Source of the DNA: Trichoplax adhaerens
Lineage: Eukaryota > Animalia > Placozoa
NCBI RefSeq assembly: GCF_000150275.1
Contig: NW_002060943.1
Span: 62,001 to 126,000, forward strand
Reading direction: 5' to 3'
Length of the DNA: 64,000 nt
The position numbers and the translations under genes are program-made. Below the pieces are notes generated by a model, which did no database searches, was not told the origin of the DNA, and was given only the letters and a program-made list of their open reading frames with translations. Positions 25,066-38,597 of this stretch are shown here, one piece after another. Positions within the stretch are counted from its first letter, which is position 1. The number at the start of each line of letters is the position of its first letter.

Positions 25066-28000
25066 TCATTTAATTTCCAAGTACTGTGCATACCTTTCGC
25101 TGGATAAATTACATTCTAGATCTGTTGGCGTGTAGACATCGCCATCATCGATGTCCGTTGAATTACTAGAAACAGATGGAATGCTGGCATAGTCATGGTC
25201 TTGCGAAACAGTTTGCTGGGCAAAAGGAGATGCGCTATCGACTACCATAGACGGAGAAATATTCAATAGACAGTCATCGGACATTTCCTCTTTCGTGGCG
25301 ATATTTACTGGATTATCAGACTCTTCACACAGCAATTTCGAATCAGATTCCTGAGATACCATGCCTGGAGAGCTTTGTGAGGTATCATACTCTTCATCTT
25401 TACTGTCTGATTCAATATCGCTATTTGCTGAAACTATATTACTGTCAATACCTTTATTTACCGTCTCGGAATTGGATTCTGTATCAATTGTACGTTTACG
25501 TGTTTGACCGCATTCGATAGCACCATCAATTAGATCGTCATATTCTTGGAAATTGTAGTTTATTTCCTTTCGAGCACGATTTGATCGGCGACTAGTAGAA
25601 TCATCATTCTGAAGCTATAGAAATAATAAATGATATTACAGCGCCGTAACAATACATATTGCATATCATGAAGCGAATTTAAAAATGCAATTATATGAAA
25701 AACCATTTCTGACATTGATAATATTGCTATAATCAAGACCATTCATTTTCATTCTAGTAAGAAGGCGAAATAAGCTCACGTTAAATATAACGGTAAACGA
25801 TTACTTAATTTTCATTGGCAGTTTTACTAACCGTCTGCTCGCTCTTTCGAGAGCTCTTTGCTTATATTCTAACTTTGTAATGTTATCTTTAAGATTTTTG
25901 GCAAGATTGATCTGAATTAAGAAATACCGCAAAGTAAACCTATGCTTAGCCATCTTCAATTAACCTTTACATTATCTTATAATATCAAGAACGTATAATA
26001 TCTTGTTTATACATTTTAACGATGCCTCAATAAAGTAGGGGATAGTTTTATTTCCTACTTTCAAGTTGTCAGTATCTGCATAATCTGTAATTGTACAGAA
26101 AATAAACAATCCAGTTACCTCATCGCAAAACGGGCAGTAAAAGTTGCCATCAGGAATTACAAATAGCGGAGGTCGAAGACAACTCATATGATATCCAGCA
26201 TTGCATGAATCACACAAAAGAATCTAAAAGCCAAACATAATTAGCTGTTATTGGTAGATTCCGCAAATACAATTACTTTACAAGAAAATGACAGTTTCTG
26301 TTATTTCAAGTAAAAATTTCTAACCGTTGCTGGTGATGCACAACTAAAGCAAGCCGTGCAAGGCTCATCCGCATCATTTTCCCAATCATCTGAAGCACGC
26401 TTTCTAGATTTTTTAACAAACTTACGAGCATCTTCGCGTGGATTCAACTGTATGCGATCAGATAATATTTCATAGATACTACATAATTGCTCGTAGTTTC
26501 TATAGTATTAAAATACAATAAAACTGATTTAATCTTCATATCTATTCCAACTTGATAAACTCCTTCACTCGGATAACTTCACCTGCAAACCACTGTCCAT
26601 GTGGAACTATCATCATCATCCTCTTCTACAGCATACAATCGAAGATTACATTCTTCATCCTAATTTTTTACGCAAAATATCGATAAGGAAAGGTTATTTG
26701 TACATGATAATACAAATAATTAATGGTGGAACGGTTAAAACTGAGGCATTCTTGCATATTTAATTTACAAGAACTTAGCACAAATTACATTGCAAGGTTA
26801 CTTAAATTTTACACGTAATGATGTCAAAATTTGTTATCTGTAAACTGAATGTGAAGATATTGGTATCATACGAAGTATCTCTTGTTAGAATAGTTTGACA
26901 AGAAACATACTAATAGTTACAACAAATTAAAATCTATTTCATGGAGAATGGATAGCATAAACCTTACCTGCTGGTACCAATAAACTAACCCAAAGCGATC
27001 TCTGCCTATTGGCTGCTGCCGCAATTCCTTAGCAAGGAATGGTCTAATGTTCGTTTTCAGTTTTAGATTTTTGTCAAATTGCGCTTCACAAAGCACCTAC
27101 AGTACAAATAAAGTTCATATTTAATTAGATAACGTTTATTATAGCATGTTGTTAGCATGTTTACTTGTACAGTTGTAAACCCGGATAAAAAGGCATCTGA
27201 ATAAATTTTACTGCTTATAGCAAATAATCAATGCACGAGTAACATACTTTTGTCACAAAAATTTTACTCTTGAGTGAAAATCCATCATAGTCAAATTCTT
27301 CCATTTCCCATAATACTTTTTTTTCGCCGTCGTATTCTCGTGCTAGCTGCAAAAGAGCAGGTGCAGGTTACCAGAGTAATATAACTAACAGCCGCAAGAA
27401 CTAATTAAGTATGCTAAAAGTGGTGACGTATATAAGCTAAATCGCTTAACTTTATGCGTCGTTTGCTAATCTAAAGTGATGTTGGTTAACAAGCCTCTTA
27501 AACAACCTCAATAATAAATAAATAAAAGGATGCTGCTCTGGTGAATGATTCACTTCTGAGTTAGTAAAATAATTTTCACTTATACTTCTCATGGTTACTC
27601 TTACAATGCAGGTCTTCTTAACGCCACTAGTAGATCAACGAATCGTTTGATTCATTGGAGTCATTATTACAGTTCATATAGCTATATAGTATCAATGTAT
27701 GAATGCACAGTCTAAATCCTATTTAACTTGCATGAACATGTGCGTACCTAAAGGCTGTTGTAATTTTTCATCAGCAATGAACCGTGATAAAACTGCAACT
27801 ATTTGAAAAGGTTATGATTTCCTTAGCTCATTTACGCATTATAAATTAATAATACCGATATTCTTCGTAATCATACGTATTATAATCTATTTATGGCGTT
27901 TCAGGTAAAGTTGATCCTGCATTCGATTTATAACTATGGTCATCCTGTAATTGCATAGCACTGTAACCTCAATTAAGAAAAATTAAGTAGTAGTATCATG

Positions 28001-29457
28001 CTTCCATCGACGTCCTGGAATTGTACTGAGTTCGAGTTGCAATGTTCTATTACAGATCCAGATCTACTACGAATGCTCACACGCGGTCAATTCATGGTAA
28101 GTTGGATATCGTTATCGACTGCGCTAATTCATGTATTGCAGTATTCTTGTGACATCAGCAAGAATACGATCGCACCAAATGCTACAGATTGAAAAGATGG
28201 TGCAACTGCCTACACGCTTATCTAGTCAAATTGAAATTAACCGCATTTGAAATTAGAAATGATACGTGATGATGACAAATAGGTTTAACGAATTGCGTCA
28301 ATGTGTGATTCTCTATTGATGCAGGCGCAAAGTTACAAGTAAGGTATGCAAAATATTGGTTAGAGAGGATGCAGAATGGTTGGATATGCAAACATAGTCA
28401 TATAGTACAGTACTGTAGAAGGGTAAAATTAGACATTAAGTGTATAAAACCAAGCAAAATATATAACGTAGATAGTATGCATATTAAAGTGGTGATATCC
28501 AATAATCTACTTACAGCGATGACCTTATTCTTCCAGGAGTTTCCATTAGGGGCAACGTTTATCCCAATTGCTCGTAACAATTTGACATGAACATCCACTG
28601 CATATTGTGCATCTTCATCATCCGCTATAAGAGAAATTTGGAAATCAAAACATATTAAGAAATGAATTACACAATACTCCATGACATCATGACATAATAT
28701 GCAGAAGACCGAGATTAATGGAATGTGGGGTGCGACATCGGAGGAACTAGAGCACAAACTAGTAAGTCCTCGTGTGTTCTCATAGTTGCAAAGACTGCTG
28801 CAATCAACATTCCTGCAGCATCACCGTGCTTCACTATACAGTGTAGAGTTACAGTAGCCAGAAGCTGGTAACTTAGCCTTGAGCATGCATTTAATAAGGA
28901 AAACAAAACTATACTACATACTCTAGAAAGCAAAATACAGTATTGAAATTCGTGGAACGTGCAAGATATGACATCGAAGTAAATTAATTTACTAAGGCAC
29001 AAAATAGTCTTTCCTTGCGTGCACCTGTAGTTGCAAAGATTCGCGTAATCAACATGATCACAATGTTCCTGCACTTACCGTAGCCAGAAGATGTTAACTT
29101 AGCATCGGGCATGCATTTAAGTAGTACAATAAAGTACAAAAGGTAATATACGAGACTAGACCTCACGATGACAAACTGACGCTCGCTATAGTATGGTAGT
29201 ATGTCGATTTTACCTGACAATGATGTATTGATTTGCAACACGAATTGACACTTGCCTTGATTGCTTCCGCTGTGTAAAGCGAGAAAGCCTCGGTCCAATA
29301 TTTCAATTTGTAGCTGTGCTAATTTACAGTAACTACTGAATAACTTTAGATAGGAACATATCACCGCAAAATCTGGATAGATAGAGGCAGACCAACGACG
29401 CTGATTATGGACTGTTGCTGCAGATGTCAAGATCATGTTTTGATTCGTATTCGCCAT
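25066..29457 (-). CDS. RSF1: Remodeling and spacing factor 1 ortholog (DDT/WHIM region + PHD finger), 10 exons, 521 aa
   Basis: Exons 29457-29256, 28624-28515, 27346-27248, 27096-26968, 26659-26583, 26499-26325, 26223-26119, 25911-25832, 25753-25714, 25614-25066; phases all compatible (1566 nt). RSF1 motifs PDFAVICSYL, VDVHVKLLRAIG, LCEAQFDKNLKLK, LRQQPIGRDRFGLVYWYQ, PHD CTAC..CDSC..YHMSC..CPFC, RRSNRARKEINYNFQEYDDLIDGAIE. Confidence 0.9.
28783..29160. repeat. Diverged direct repeat inside RSF1 intron 1
   Basis: tagttgcaaaga..aatcaacat..ttac(a/c)gtagccagaag..taacttagc..gcatgcatttaa occurs at ~28783 and ~29028. Confidence 0.75.
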
Positions 29458-32400
29458 AATAATATTTTGCTAGCTGAGCAATGGAATCCCTCTTGTTCTT
29501 GCAGGGTTAGTTTCAGCTTACACTAGTACTCTAGAAGTCAATAATTGATTGACAATAATATTTTCTTCTATCGATCTTTCTGATCACCTCTTGTTATTAG
29601 CTAATCTTGAATGATATTCATAAATTACTTACATGACCGAAATCAGCACTTCTACCAGCTCCATGGAAAGTGCAAGTAAGCAGTAGCCATGTTGACTTGA
29701 CTGCCTCAGCCGGACTGACTTTGGTCGAGTTGGCGAATACAGTATCTACTGAAGGGTACAGTACATTCTACACTAGAATCTACAGTATAATGCACTGTAA
29801 GCAACAGATCGTAAAACTAAGTCCAGGCAGGCTGTCCCCTATTGCCAGTACAGGAGAGGAAATTTCCAATTCAACTGGCCAATAGTAGTAAACAAATGAA
29901 CGGTATCGTACGCTATACTATACCAGTATGATATGATCAAGCACAGTCTGACTGGGTAGAGCAATCATGGCGGGAATTACGAAAATGATGCATATCTTTT
30001 TCCAGAAAGTCCAGCCATTTTTTGATGTTGTAGAAAGGATAAAAGATCAAAAATACATTTTGTGGTTCCCGGTCATGGACTTTGCAGAGAAATCTAGATT
30101 CTACAGTAGTAGTCTATGTACGAATCCACGATACACTTCATAGAGGTGCTTTGGTACAGCATTATGATTATGTGCTATATAATGAATTAGTCTTAAGATG
30201 TCCACCGATGTCACACCGATAGTGGACATTTGACAGGAAATGCTCCATTTCGGAGTTGTAATAAGTGCGTTTTACAATAACTATCTTAGTCAAATGGTAT
30301 TTTTCTTAATGGCTTTTATTACAAGGTTTTAGGAACAGTAGAGCAATAATTGATTACTACAAGAATCTAGTCTAAAATTGAAAGTATTCCGAACTCAAAG
30401 CGAAGTGAACTCTCTTCTCCCTCGTCAGCTCATCTCTGCAGTTCTTATATATGTTATATACATTTAGTTAAATCCATTTTATGACAACTTGATAAATCTA
30501 CAATCAGACATGAGTCAGTAAACAAAATACTTCTCTCTAATAGTACATCATTATTTTCTACTATCGAAATCATTCTCCTTAAGATGTCACTACTCTTCTA
30601 TTAACGTCTAGCCCCTTTCTGCGAAGGGGATCTTAACAACTACAATGTTTCTAGCTACATAAATCTTGTACCATAATTAGTCAACTGGCTACTATTAGTT
30701 CTAATATAGTAGTTTAGCAATCATCTAATATTAGCTTCACGATAATATCGATCTATTCAAAGTTACCTAACTATATCAAATATAGCTATCCGTATAATCA
30801 AATATGCCTACATCACTACAGGAGTTAAAAGAGCTTTACTTTGAGCTTTCCTCTACGGTTTTACCCTCACGATTTCTTACTGTATACGTACATCACTCGA
30901 GTACTTGGGTCGCAGCGCTACTCAAAATGGCCGACCATGTCGCTTGCTGTCGGCCTACAGCAGTTGACTGCAATCATTAAATTAAATAAAATTCAATACC
31001 TTAGTGCGTAAATGACAACTCCAGCTAGTGGTAGACTAGGACAGCTCGAGTCTCTATAAATCAAATGCAGTGATGGTGGATTATGGTTCATAAAATAGGA
31101 ATGAATTGATCAAAGAATTGCATAACACTTTGTTGGATAGAGTGCGGTATAAAATATTGACAATTTGCTTGCTGTACATCGAGCATACGGTATTCTCTTA
31201 TGGATTGCAATAAAAGTAAACTTTTATCTTAAATTAGTTTTGCCCAACTTGATTCTAAGGTAGTTGAATACAATTCAATACATATACATATAGATAGATA
31301 GATAGCCTTCCTTATTACTGGTAGCAATCAATTCTAATCGCTCGCTTCATTTATACAGTACTATATAATGATAATAATGCTAAGGACGAGACTTACAACA
31401 ACAAGGAATAGGTAATCTAGTGTATAAATAAATGTATCATTAGACAATAATTTCAAGGCAACAATTACCTGTTCAAAGAGAAATGAAGAATCTAGTTGTA
31501 GTGTAAACATCCCATATATAAGATAGAGTTACTAACTTTTGTTGACTAATTAATCAGAATCAGGCTTGTTGAACAAATGTCAACATCACTATTGATAGGT
31601 GCTAAGGGAAATTATGTGAGAATTAACTCATTAACGAAATGACTGTAGATTATATTAATGTTTGCATAATAATCAGCTATGATTGGTTAATGGATTGCTA
31701 TATTAAAATAATGTTACATCACACCTATACTCTAGAGTTTGATGAGCTGGTATGGTAAATTCAACGATTTATATTGGAAATAACGCTAAGCCGATTCTGT
31801 ATAAATAGAGAGAGATATATCAAGATAGTAGTCTGTCACCTATTTTACTGCTTCGGTTTTATTAGATCCGCTCGCAAGCCTTTAAAGGTATGTAAGAAAC
31901 ACTACTATTACCCGAACCACAATTAGAGCTATTAGACGAAGGGTAATCTTATAGGACATACTGTAGGTCAATATACTTATATTAATTTCAGGCAACAATT
32001 ACTAATAATGGGTGGGTAATTTAGTATAGGATATATTAAAGTAAATGCATTCAATAACTTCAAGGCAAAATTACTTGTTAATAATAGTAATCTGTAAGGA
32101 TAAGTCAATGTATCAAGACCATAATTCAAGGCAATTACGTTTTTATTTTGCATCTACTAACGACCAAGTGAGAGAGTGAAAAGTTTGAAACGCAATTATA
32201 GACACGGTAGTCATAATGCGATGAACACAATATATTAAATTTGAGCGTAAAGAGGAATTTTTTGCCTAACTTTATTATGGGTATTTGATTAGAATTAAGA
32301 TATAGCCTATCTTATTACATGTAGCAACCTGTTTTAATCACTCTTATCATTATAAGATAACATAATATTAAACATGAGACTCATGTCAATGGGAAATGAG

Positions 32401-33169
32401 TAATTCATATAAATAAAGGTATTGTTAGACAATCATTTGAAGGCAACAACTAGGTTTAGTTTGCAGCCCAGCGGATTGATAAAGTATTTTAAAATCGAGC
32501 GATTGAAAAATCCTCAGATTATTAGAACTCGGTATGTGTAGAAAGTGGTGAATGGCAAGAGAAATGAACGCTGAGTATGCAGAGATATTATAATTATTGA
32601 ATCCCATAATCTCTGAACGAGAATTATACGGTTACCGTACTATTCATAATTAGTTCTTGCCTTCATGCATTAAATACATAGCAATAGAATTATACTTCTA
32701 ACTGACTTATCCATACGTAAATGTACCTTATTAAGTTAAAATGAAATTTTTTTAAGTTCCCCGTCGCCTTAAAATATGAACGAATGTAAATATTTCGAGC
32801 CGCAGGAGATAGCTGCAGTTAGGATGGAATCAGTTAATAATTATTAAGAATAAGGGTCAAAGAATGGGATATGTCACAGTACATGAAAATTGTTCAAGCG
32901 ATACATGCAAGCCGTAAAGTCATAACCTGCTACCGTCGAAGAATAACTTTTTCAGTACTAAGCTCATCTTAAAACATTCAATTACTTCCTATGGATATAG
33001 CAAAGGCTTTACGTTTATAATATAAACCGAATGTCTATACTTGTATAGAGTTGTGAGGCTTTAGTAAATTGTAACACACTTTGAAACAACGCCGATAAGA
33101 AAGTTGGTAAACTAAAATTAAGTTTTTGGTATAGTCCGTTAGAAAGTTTGCTAATACCGATCATCATCT

Positions 33170-35783
33170 CTATATTCCGGTTTCTCTGTTCATGATCGAA
33201 TAGATGGGTTTGTAATTCTGTAACTGAAATTAAAGTAAAATATTACGCTATCATCAATTTAACTCTAACATTTTTATGCAATATCATTGGACAATCTATT
33301 CATTTGACCTATTTATAAGACATTAACCAGAGCTAAAAATAGCAATTTACAGCATTGGCTTCATTATATGCTAAAGTATTAATCTAGAACATGTTGATGC
33401 AGAATCTTGAATATTTATTCGCTATAGACCATGCTTGCTTAGCCACTATACTGTACTACAGCTTATGAATTCTATTTCGCATTTATTACATCATCACAGA
33501 TTCCCCTAGATTTAACTAATTCAACTCAATCTCATCAAATTATTTCATCGTAGTTATTGCATATGAACTAAACGATAAATGCTATACTGAAATAATTTGC
33601 AATTTCAATATCTCATTTTCATGGCAGTAATAGTGACTGCATCAATAATCGCTTACCCATTCTTGAGTTGCTTTCCATTGACATCTATTATCAACCGGTG
33701 GGCTGGCATTATTCTGAAAATTTTCATTACTTGTTACATTATTATCTGCCTTTAACTTGCATAATACGGCCAGTTCCTCACATAATAGCTTGATACTGTT
33801 ACGATCATTCATCAGTAAATTAACTTGGCTGGGATATCGTATGGCATCATGAAATACTTCAACTGTTAAAAATTTGCCCAATAATGCTTTAATTCTTTTG
33901 CCCTAGATATTTTACATATAATTACACAAGTACAACAATATCATTAGCAATTTTTCAATATAATTCATGATTTTAAATAAATTTATAACTTTATACAGTC
34001 ACAAGATCGCACTACAACACTATATGTGACATAACATTCAGGTATTTAAGTGGATGAGTTCATTGTACTGCCCTATGTATTGCAAAATGATTCTGTTAAG
34101 TACCAATATAATATTGATGCAAGAATAATTCTATTTATGACGCACAAGGCCAAATTCGAAATTAATGACTGAATAAAGAAAGTATTACAATTACTCTAAT
34201 ATATTACGGTAGGTATTTCATATTGTAGCTTAAAACGATACTAAAATTCACGTTGTACTCGGCAAGAACTAAATTTTCCACATAATTATAGCATTTAGTG
34301 TAATAAATTAGAACATGTTACATTACCAATTAAACTAATTTACGATCAAGATTAAATGATACTCGTGTAGTTATGATCGAATTATAAATTCGCATATGAG
34401 TTCGATAATAAAAAAATAATAGACTGTAATATATCACTAATCATATTGTCATCTATTGATATTCGCTCTTGCATACATATTATAAATAAAATCCATGATT
34501 TACCTTGCTAGAAATAACAATATATACGCTGTCAGTGCTGATACTACCATGGATAATTAAATGTGATTGTAGTGAATTGACGGCAATTTCAATATCTTGA
34601 ACAATGTGAGTAATACTTTCAGGAGTTAAATATTCAGATTGGCAAGAAATGAAGTCCTTTAATGTACATATATCTTCGCCAGATAAGGCGTAACATACTA
34701 ATCTAAAAGATACGATAGTGTATATTACAATAGTTTTAGATGAATGACTTGAGCAAACTTTCCTGATTCATGAAATATATATTTAATATACCGACGCATA
34801 GGTTAAATCTAAACAAGAAATTTAGTTTATCACTCAATATTAGATCATAAAATCTCAACAGAGATACTTAACATGATATAAATATAGTCTATGACCTACA
34901 GTTCCTTATCTAGTTGTATCTTGAGTTTTTTGGTATCTATATTACACTTTTCGCCTTCCCTAAACCATTTATGTTCAGCAATGTTATGTAACTTCCAACT
35001 GTATAGCTTCATATTACAATAAAACTGTTTCTCTTTCTCCCAGAATTTCCTTTCCTTCTTCTTGTAGCAACTCAGCCAAGCCAATATACTTTCATTATCA
35101 TGTTGGCTTGTTAGTCTTACCTTCAGACAGTTCTAAAAAATAACATTTATTCTTAAATTTCATATCTATCTTGATCAAATAAAGAAATATAGCCAAATTA
35201 CGCTATAACATGATTAAAACTGGATACTAGATTGCGGGAATAAATCATACAATTATTACTTATTCATTTACACTACTCAATAAAGATATACAAGGCCCTC
35301 ACTGTAAAGTAAGAAACCTTACTTTATTCTGTTTAAATTAATGCATTTGTTCGAAATAGATTAATTAAGATAAGCCATTCTATTAGCTATTCGACATTAG
35401 AAAGTAGTTAGTTTGTTTATGAATACGCACAAAATAAGAATTAGATTACTAAATTAAGTTATTTATTTACTAGCTCTAGTAATAACTGGAAATCTTGAAC
35501 GATAGAAATCTTATAAAAAAACAGAATCACTATCATTTCATAAATGATGCAAACGGCTAAGGTACGCCTAATTCAATACCGGTATATATTTTATTAAACA
35601 AGGAGGTCAATAACAAAATCGGACGAAAACATCCTTAATTAAATTCAAATTACGACATTATTAAAATATTTCATCTTGTTACCATATTCTCTAGCAATTA
35701 ATCACGTACTTTTGAGATACTAGATGTCACTGATGATGGTAAAATCAAAATTTTCTTATATTGGTGGAATTGATTTATGCAAT
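33170..35783 (-). CDS. Protein-kinase-fold pseudokinase exons (probably the C-terminal part of the LRR-GPCR gene, otherwise a separate gene)
   Basis: Exons 35783-35710 (phase 1-0), 35132-34900 (0-2), 34702-34504 (2-0), 33902-33657 (0-0), possible last exon 33223-33170. Translation follows kinase subdomains II-IX: AWLSCYKKKERKFWEKEKQFY..LHNIAE, TLKDFI..ITHIVQDIEIAVNSLQSHLIIHGSISTDSVYI, KALLGKF, DRNSIKLLCEEL. VAIK Lys, HRD Asp and DFG Asp are all replaced. Confidence 0.65.
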
Positions 35784-37505
35784 CTAATCAGTTCAATCAG
35801 GTTTATAAAAGAAAAAATTACGATCAGTACAAACTCTCTTCAAGGCTTTAATTAACATCAAGCTAGCGGTTTAGTCAATAGTTAATTTATCCTAGGAGAT
35901 ATTTGGTATCCATAACTATAGATTATAGTGGTATAGACTCTATGCTAGAGTAAAGATGATTATATACAGTAAGGTGTTGAGCTACTAATAAGGCTATAGG
36001 TAAAAATAGAACTGTAAATCATGCATTAGGATATGGTTAATTCATTGTACTTTGGCTGGTGTGAATAATGTCTACGTAAGTACTGTAGTCGTATCCATAT
36101 TGGATTAATGATGGTCCGCAGTAGAATAGTCTTTACTAAGAATAATTTAACTATGTGAAATATAAGGTATAAGGTTGCCATGCAGAATGTAGCTGCGAAT
36201 GCTACGAAAAGTATAGAAGCATGCAACTTTAGATTATTCTGTTAGTTCGTTCTTGAAGTTTTTAGTAGTAGTATTCGGCTAGAGTAGAGCTGTGTGTAGT
36301 TAATCTTTGTATAAGATTCAATAAAGCCCTTATTTTTCTAAAATTTGGAATCTCGAGATTGGTATATATCGCACTTCGATTTTAAATAATATGTGATTGA
36401 ATCCGTAATAACTTCTATTAATTTATTTTCAGTCTTAAACAATCTAGCAGTATATCATCAATTTATCTGCATATTCGATTTCGCTATTCTTCATAGAGAA
36501 TAATTGTCACACTAAACGCCTGTCTACCACATTTAGTTTACAGATAGGACAGACTTATGAGGAAATAAGGAAATAAAACAATTATAGTGAACTGTTTGGA
36601 ATTATGTGGCGTATGATGTTTATCTTCATATAGTACTGAGATATTAGGATAGTTCGATTTTATTAGACTCTAATATGTTGAGATACAGTGAATAAATTAT
36701 CGTGTTTAGAATTTTCAGACTGGACACTATTATTGTCAATCCTAGCCGTGTTATAGGTCCAAAGCTACAATATCAGTACAAATATAAATCCCTTTTAGGT
36801 GCACATATTATTACCATACTTAATATAGCTGGAACCTATCACCACCAGTTTACTAACACTATCCTACGGCTAAGACCTTGCTATATTGAATCGAAATAAA
36901 GCAATAATATTTAAGCTACAATTATTTAAATAATTTCTCAATAGAAAAGTAAAGAAAATAATTTTCAGATATAGAGTTTACTGATATTTACAAATAACAC
37001 TACACAAAGAAAATCAGGATTCTGCCATTTTCCGTTTAATATTCTTCTTGTTTTGAAATATCAAATAACTCTTCTAGTTTACTGCTGTAAGCTATCGAAA
37101 TATTCACTGGAATGTACGCATATAATTGCTTATTCAAATTCTTAAAATGTTAAACCAGAAAATTGATACTGTTTGTATGAGTCTATATTCCAAATCGCCT
37201 AAAGATTTCTGAAACATTGTGGATCTCAACTTTCCAATACTGCGACGAACTACAATTACTAGTACCTTATGTTGTAATTCTGATATGATTACTATTGCCT
37301 TGTTTCACATAGTTTTTGTATGGTAACATAACTTTGCGGGAAATACTAAAAGTGTGACACAGTATCAAGTTTAAAATATGTAATTTCCATATTTCAGCAA
37401 GACTATTCAGTAGAAATGCGCTGATATATGGTAATAATAAGTAAAGAACCTTATTTTTCCAAGAAGTCCAGCTAGATAATACGGGTACATCTAATTATGT
37501 CAATG

Positions 37506-38597
37506 CTAATAGAATATATAAATACCGTAATACTTACGCCTATTAAAGCTATGCGCTTGATTTTTCTTCAGATTATTACTTTTTTCCGATTCTGTTATGC
37601 GAAAGCAGCAAATGAAATTTCTCATAATTGTAATGGTATGATCAATGAATGTTTTAGTAAACATTGTGTATAGAATTGGATTGATACATGAATTTAAAGG
37701 CAAAGATAAGACGGCAACAAATGTTAATAAATGAGTCTCCAACTCAGATATAACTATGCCACGAATCAATACAATGTATAATGGTAGCCAACATATAAGA
37801 TCAGTAGCTACTATTGTAATCATTTTAGCAAGAACAATTTTTTCCAAAGTAGATATTTTCCGCCTGGCTGCTTTGCGTGATTTAGTTAAATCGATTATAA
37901 TGGTAAAATACATAATGCTAATGATGATCCAGATTATGAATGTGACACCACAGTAAGTTAGTAACCATAATTGCAAGATTGGATTTTCGATATTACCAGG
38001 TAGGCAGACAGCATTAGTGGCATATAAACGATTGTATGGAGGCTGATTATTGCCATAAAGTAGCGGTATGCCCGCAAACATAACTGCAATTGACCAAAAT
38101 ATAACGAAAATGAATATAACCAGTCGCCTTGACAACCGATAGTTATGAAATGGGTAGACTAAGAATAGAAAACGGTCTACTGTGATGATAAACATAATGA
38201 GTGTTGACATTAACGTCGAAACTGAGACAAGAAATGATGATACTAAGCAAAATGGACTCCTTAACCAAACTTCGTGATATTGGGAAAAGTGTCCGGCAAA
38301 ATAGACGTTAGCTGATGCGATAATAATTAAGTACAATCCCATCAATAAATCAGCAGCAGATAGATTAATAATTAGTGCTCTGACTATAGTATCATCTTTA
38401 TTTTAACACTTGCATGCCACATAATGGATAAAATATTTTCAATGATAGATAGAATACCAACAAGCCAAATAAAAATTCGTAATATTTCATGTGATAAAAT
38501 ATCATTACACGTTGAAAGGCTGAATTGATTAGGTAACGGTCGGCATATACTAATAGTCTTTGGGGCATGGCAACATAGATATTCTCGAGATGAAAAT
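37506..38597 (-). CDS. Hinge + 7TM exon of the LRR-GPCR (relaxin-receptor-like)
   Basis: ORFs 38384-38635 and 37506-38345 are two frames of one exon; adding one A to the A-run at 38401-38404 restores VKNKDDTIVRALIINLSAADLLMGLY. Confidence 0.92.

Noticed and set aside
27998-29074. Several overlapping 64-119 aa ORFs
   Set aside because: They lie in RSF1 introns or antisense; only 28624-28515 is a real exon.
30924-30955. GC-rich hairpin ggccgac..gtcggcc with AAAATGGC (YY1-like) as ncRNA or promoter
   Set aside because: No tRNA cloverleaf or recognisable RNA family, and no downstream exon chain found.
35900-36330. Possible degenerate LTR and ORF 36026-36226
   Set aside because: LTR-like composition with AATAAA, but no definable termini or TSD; the ORF has no recognisable motif.
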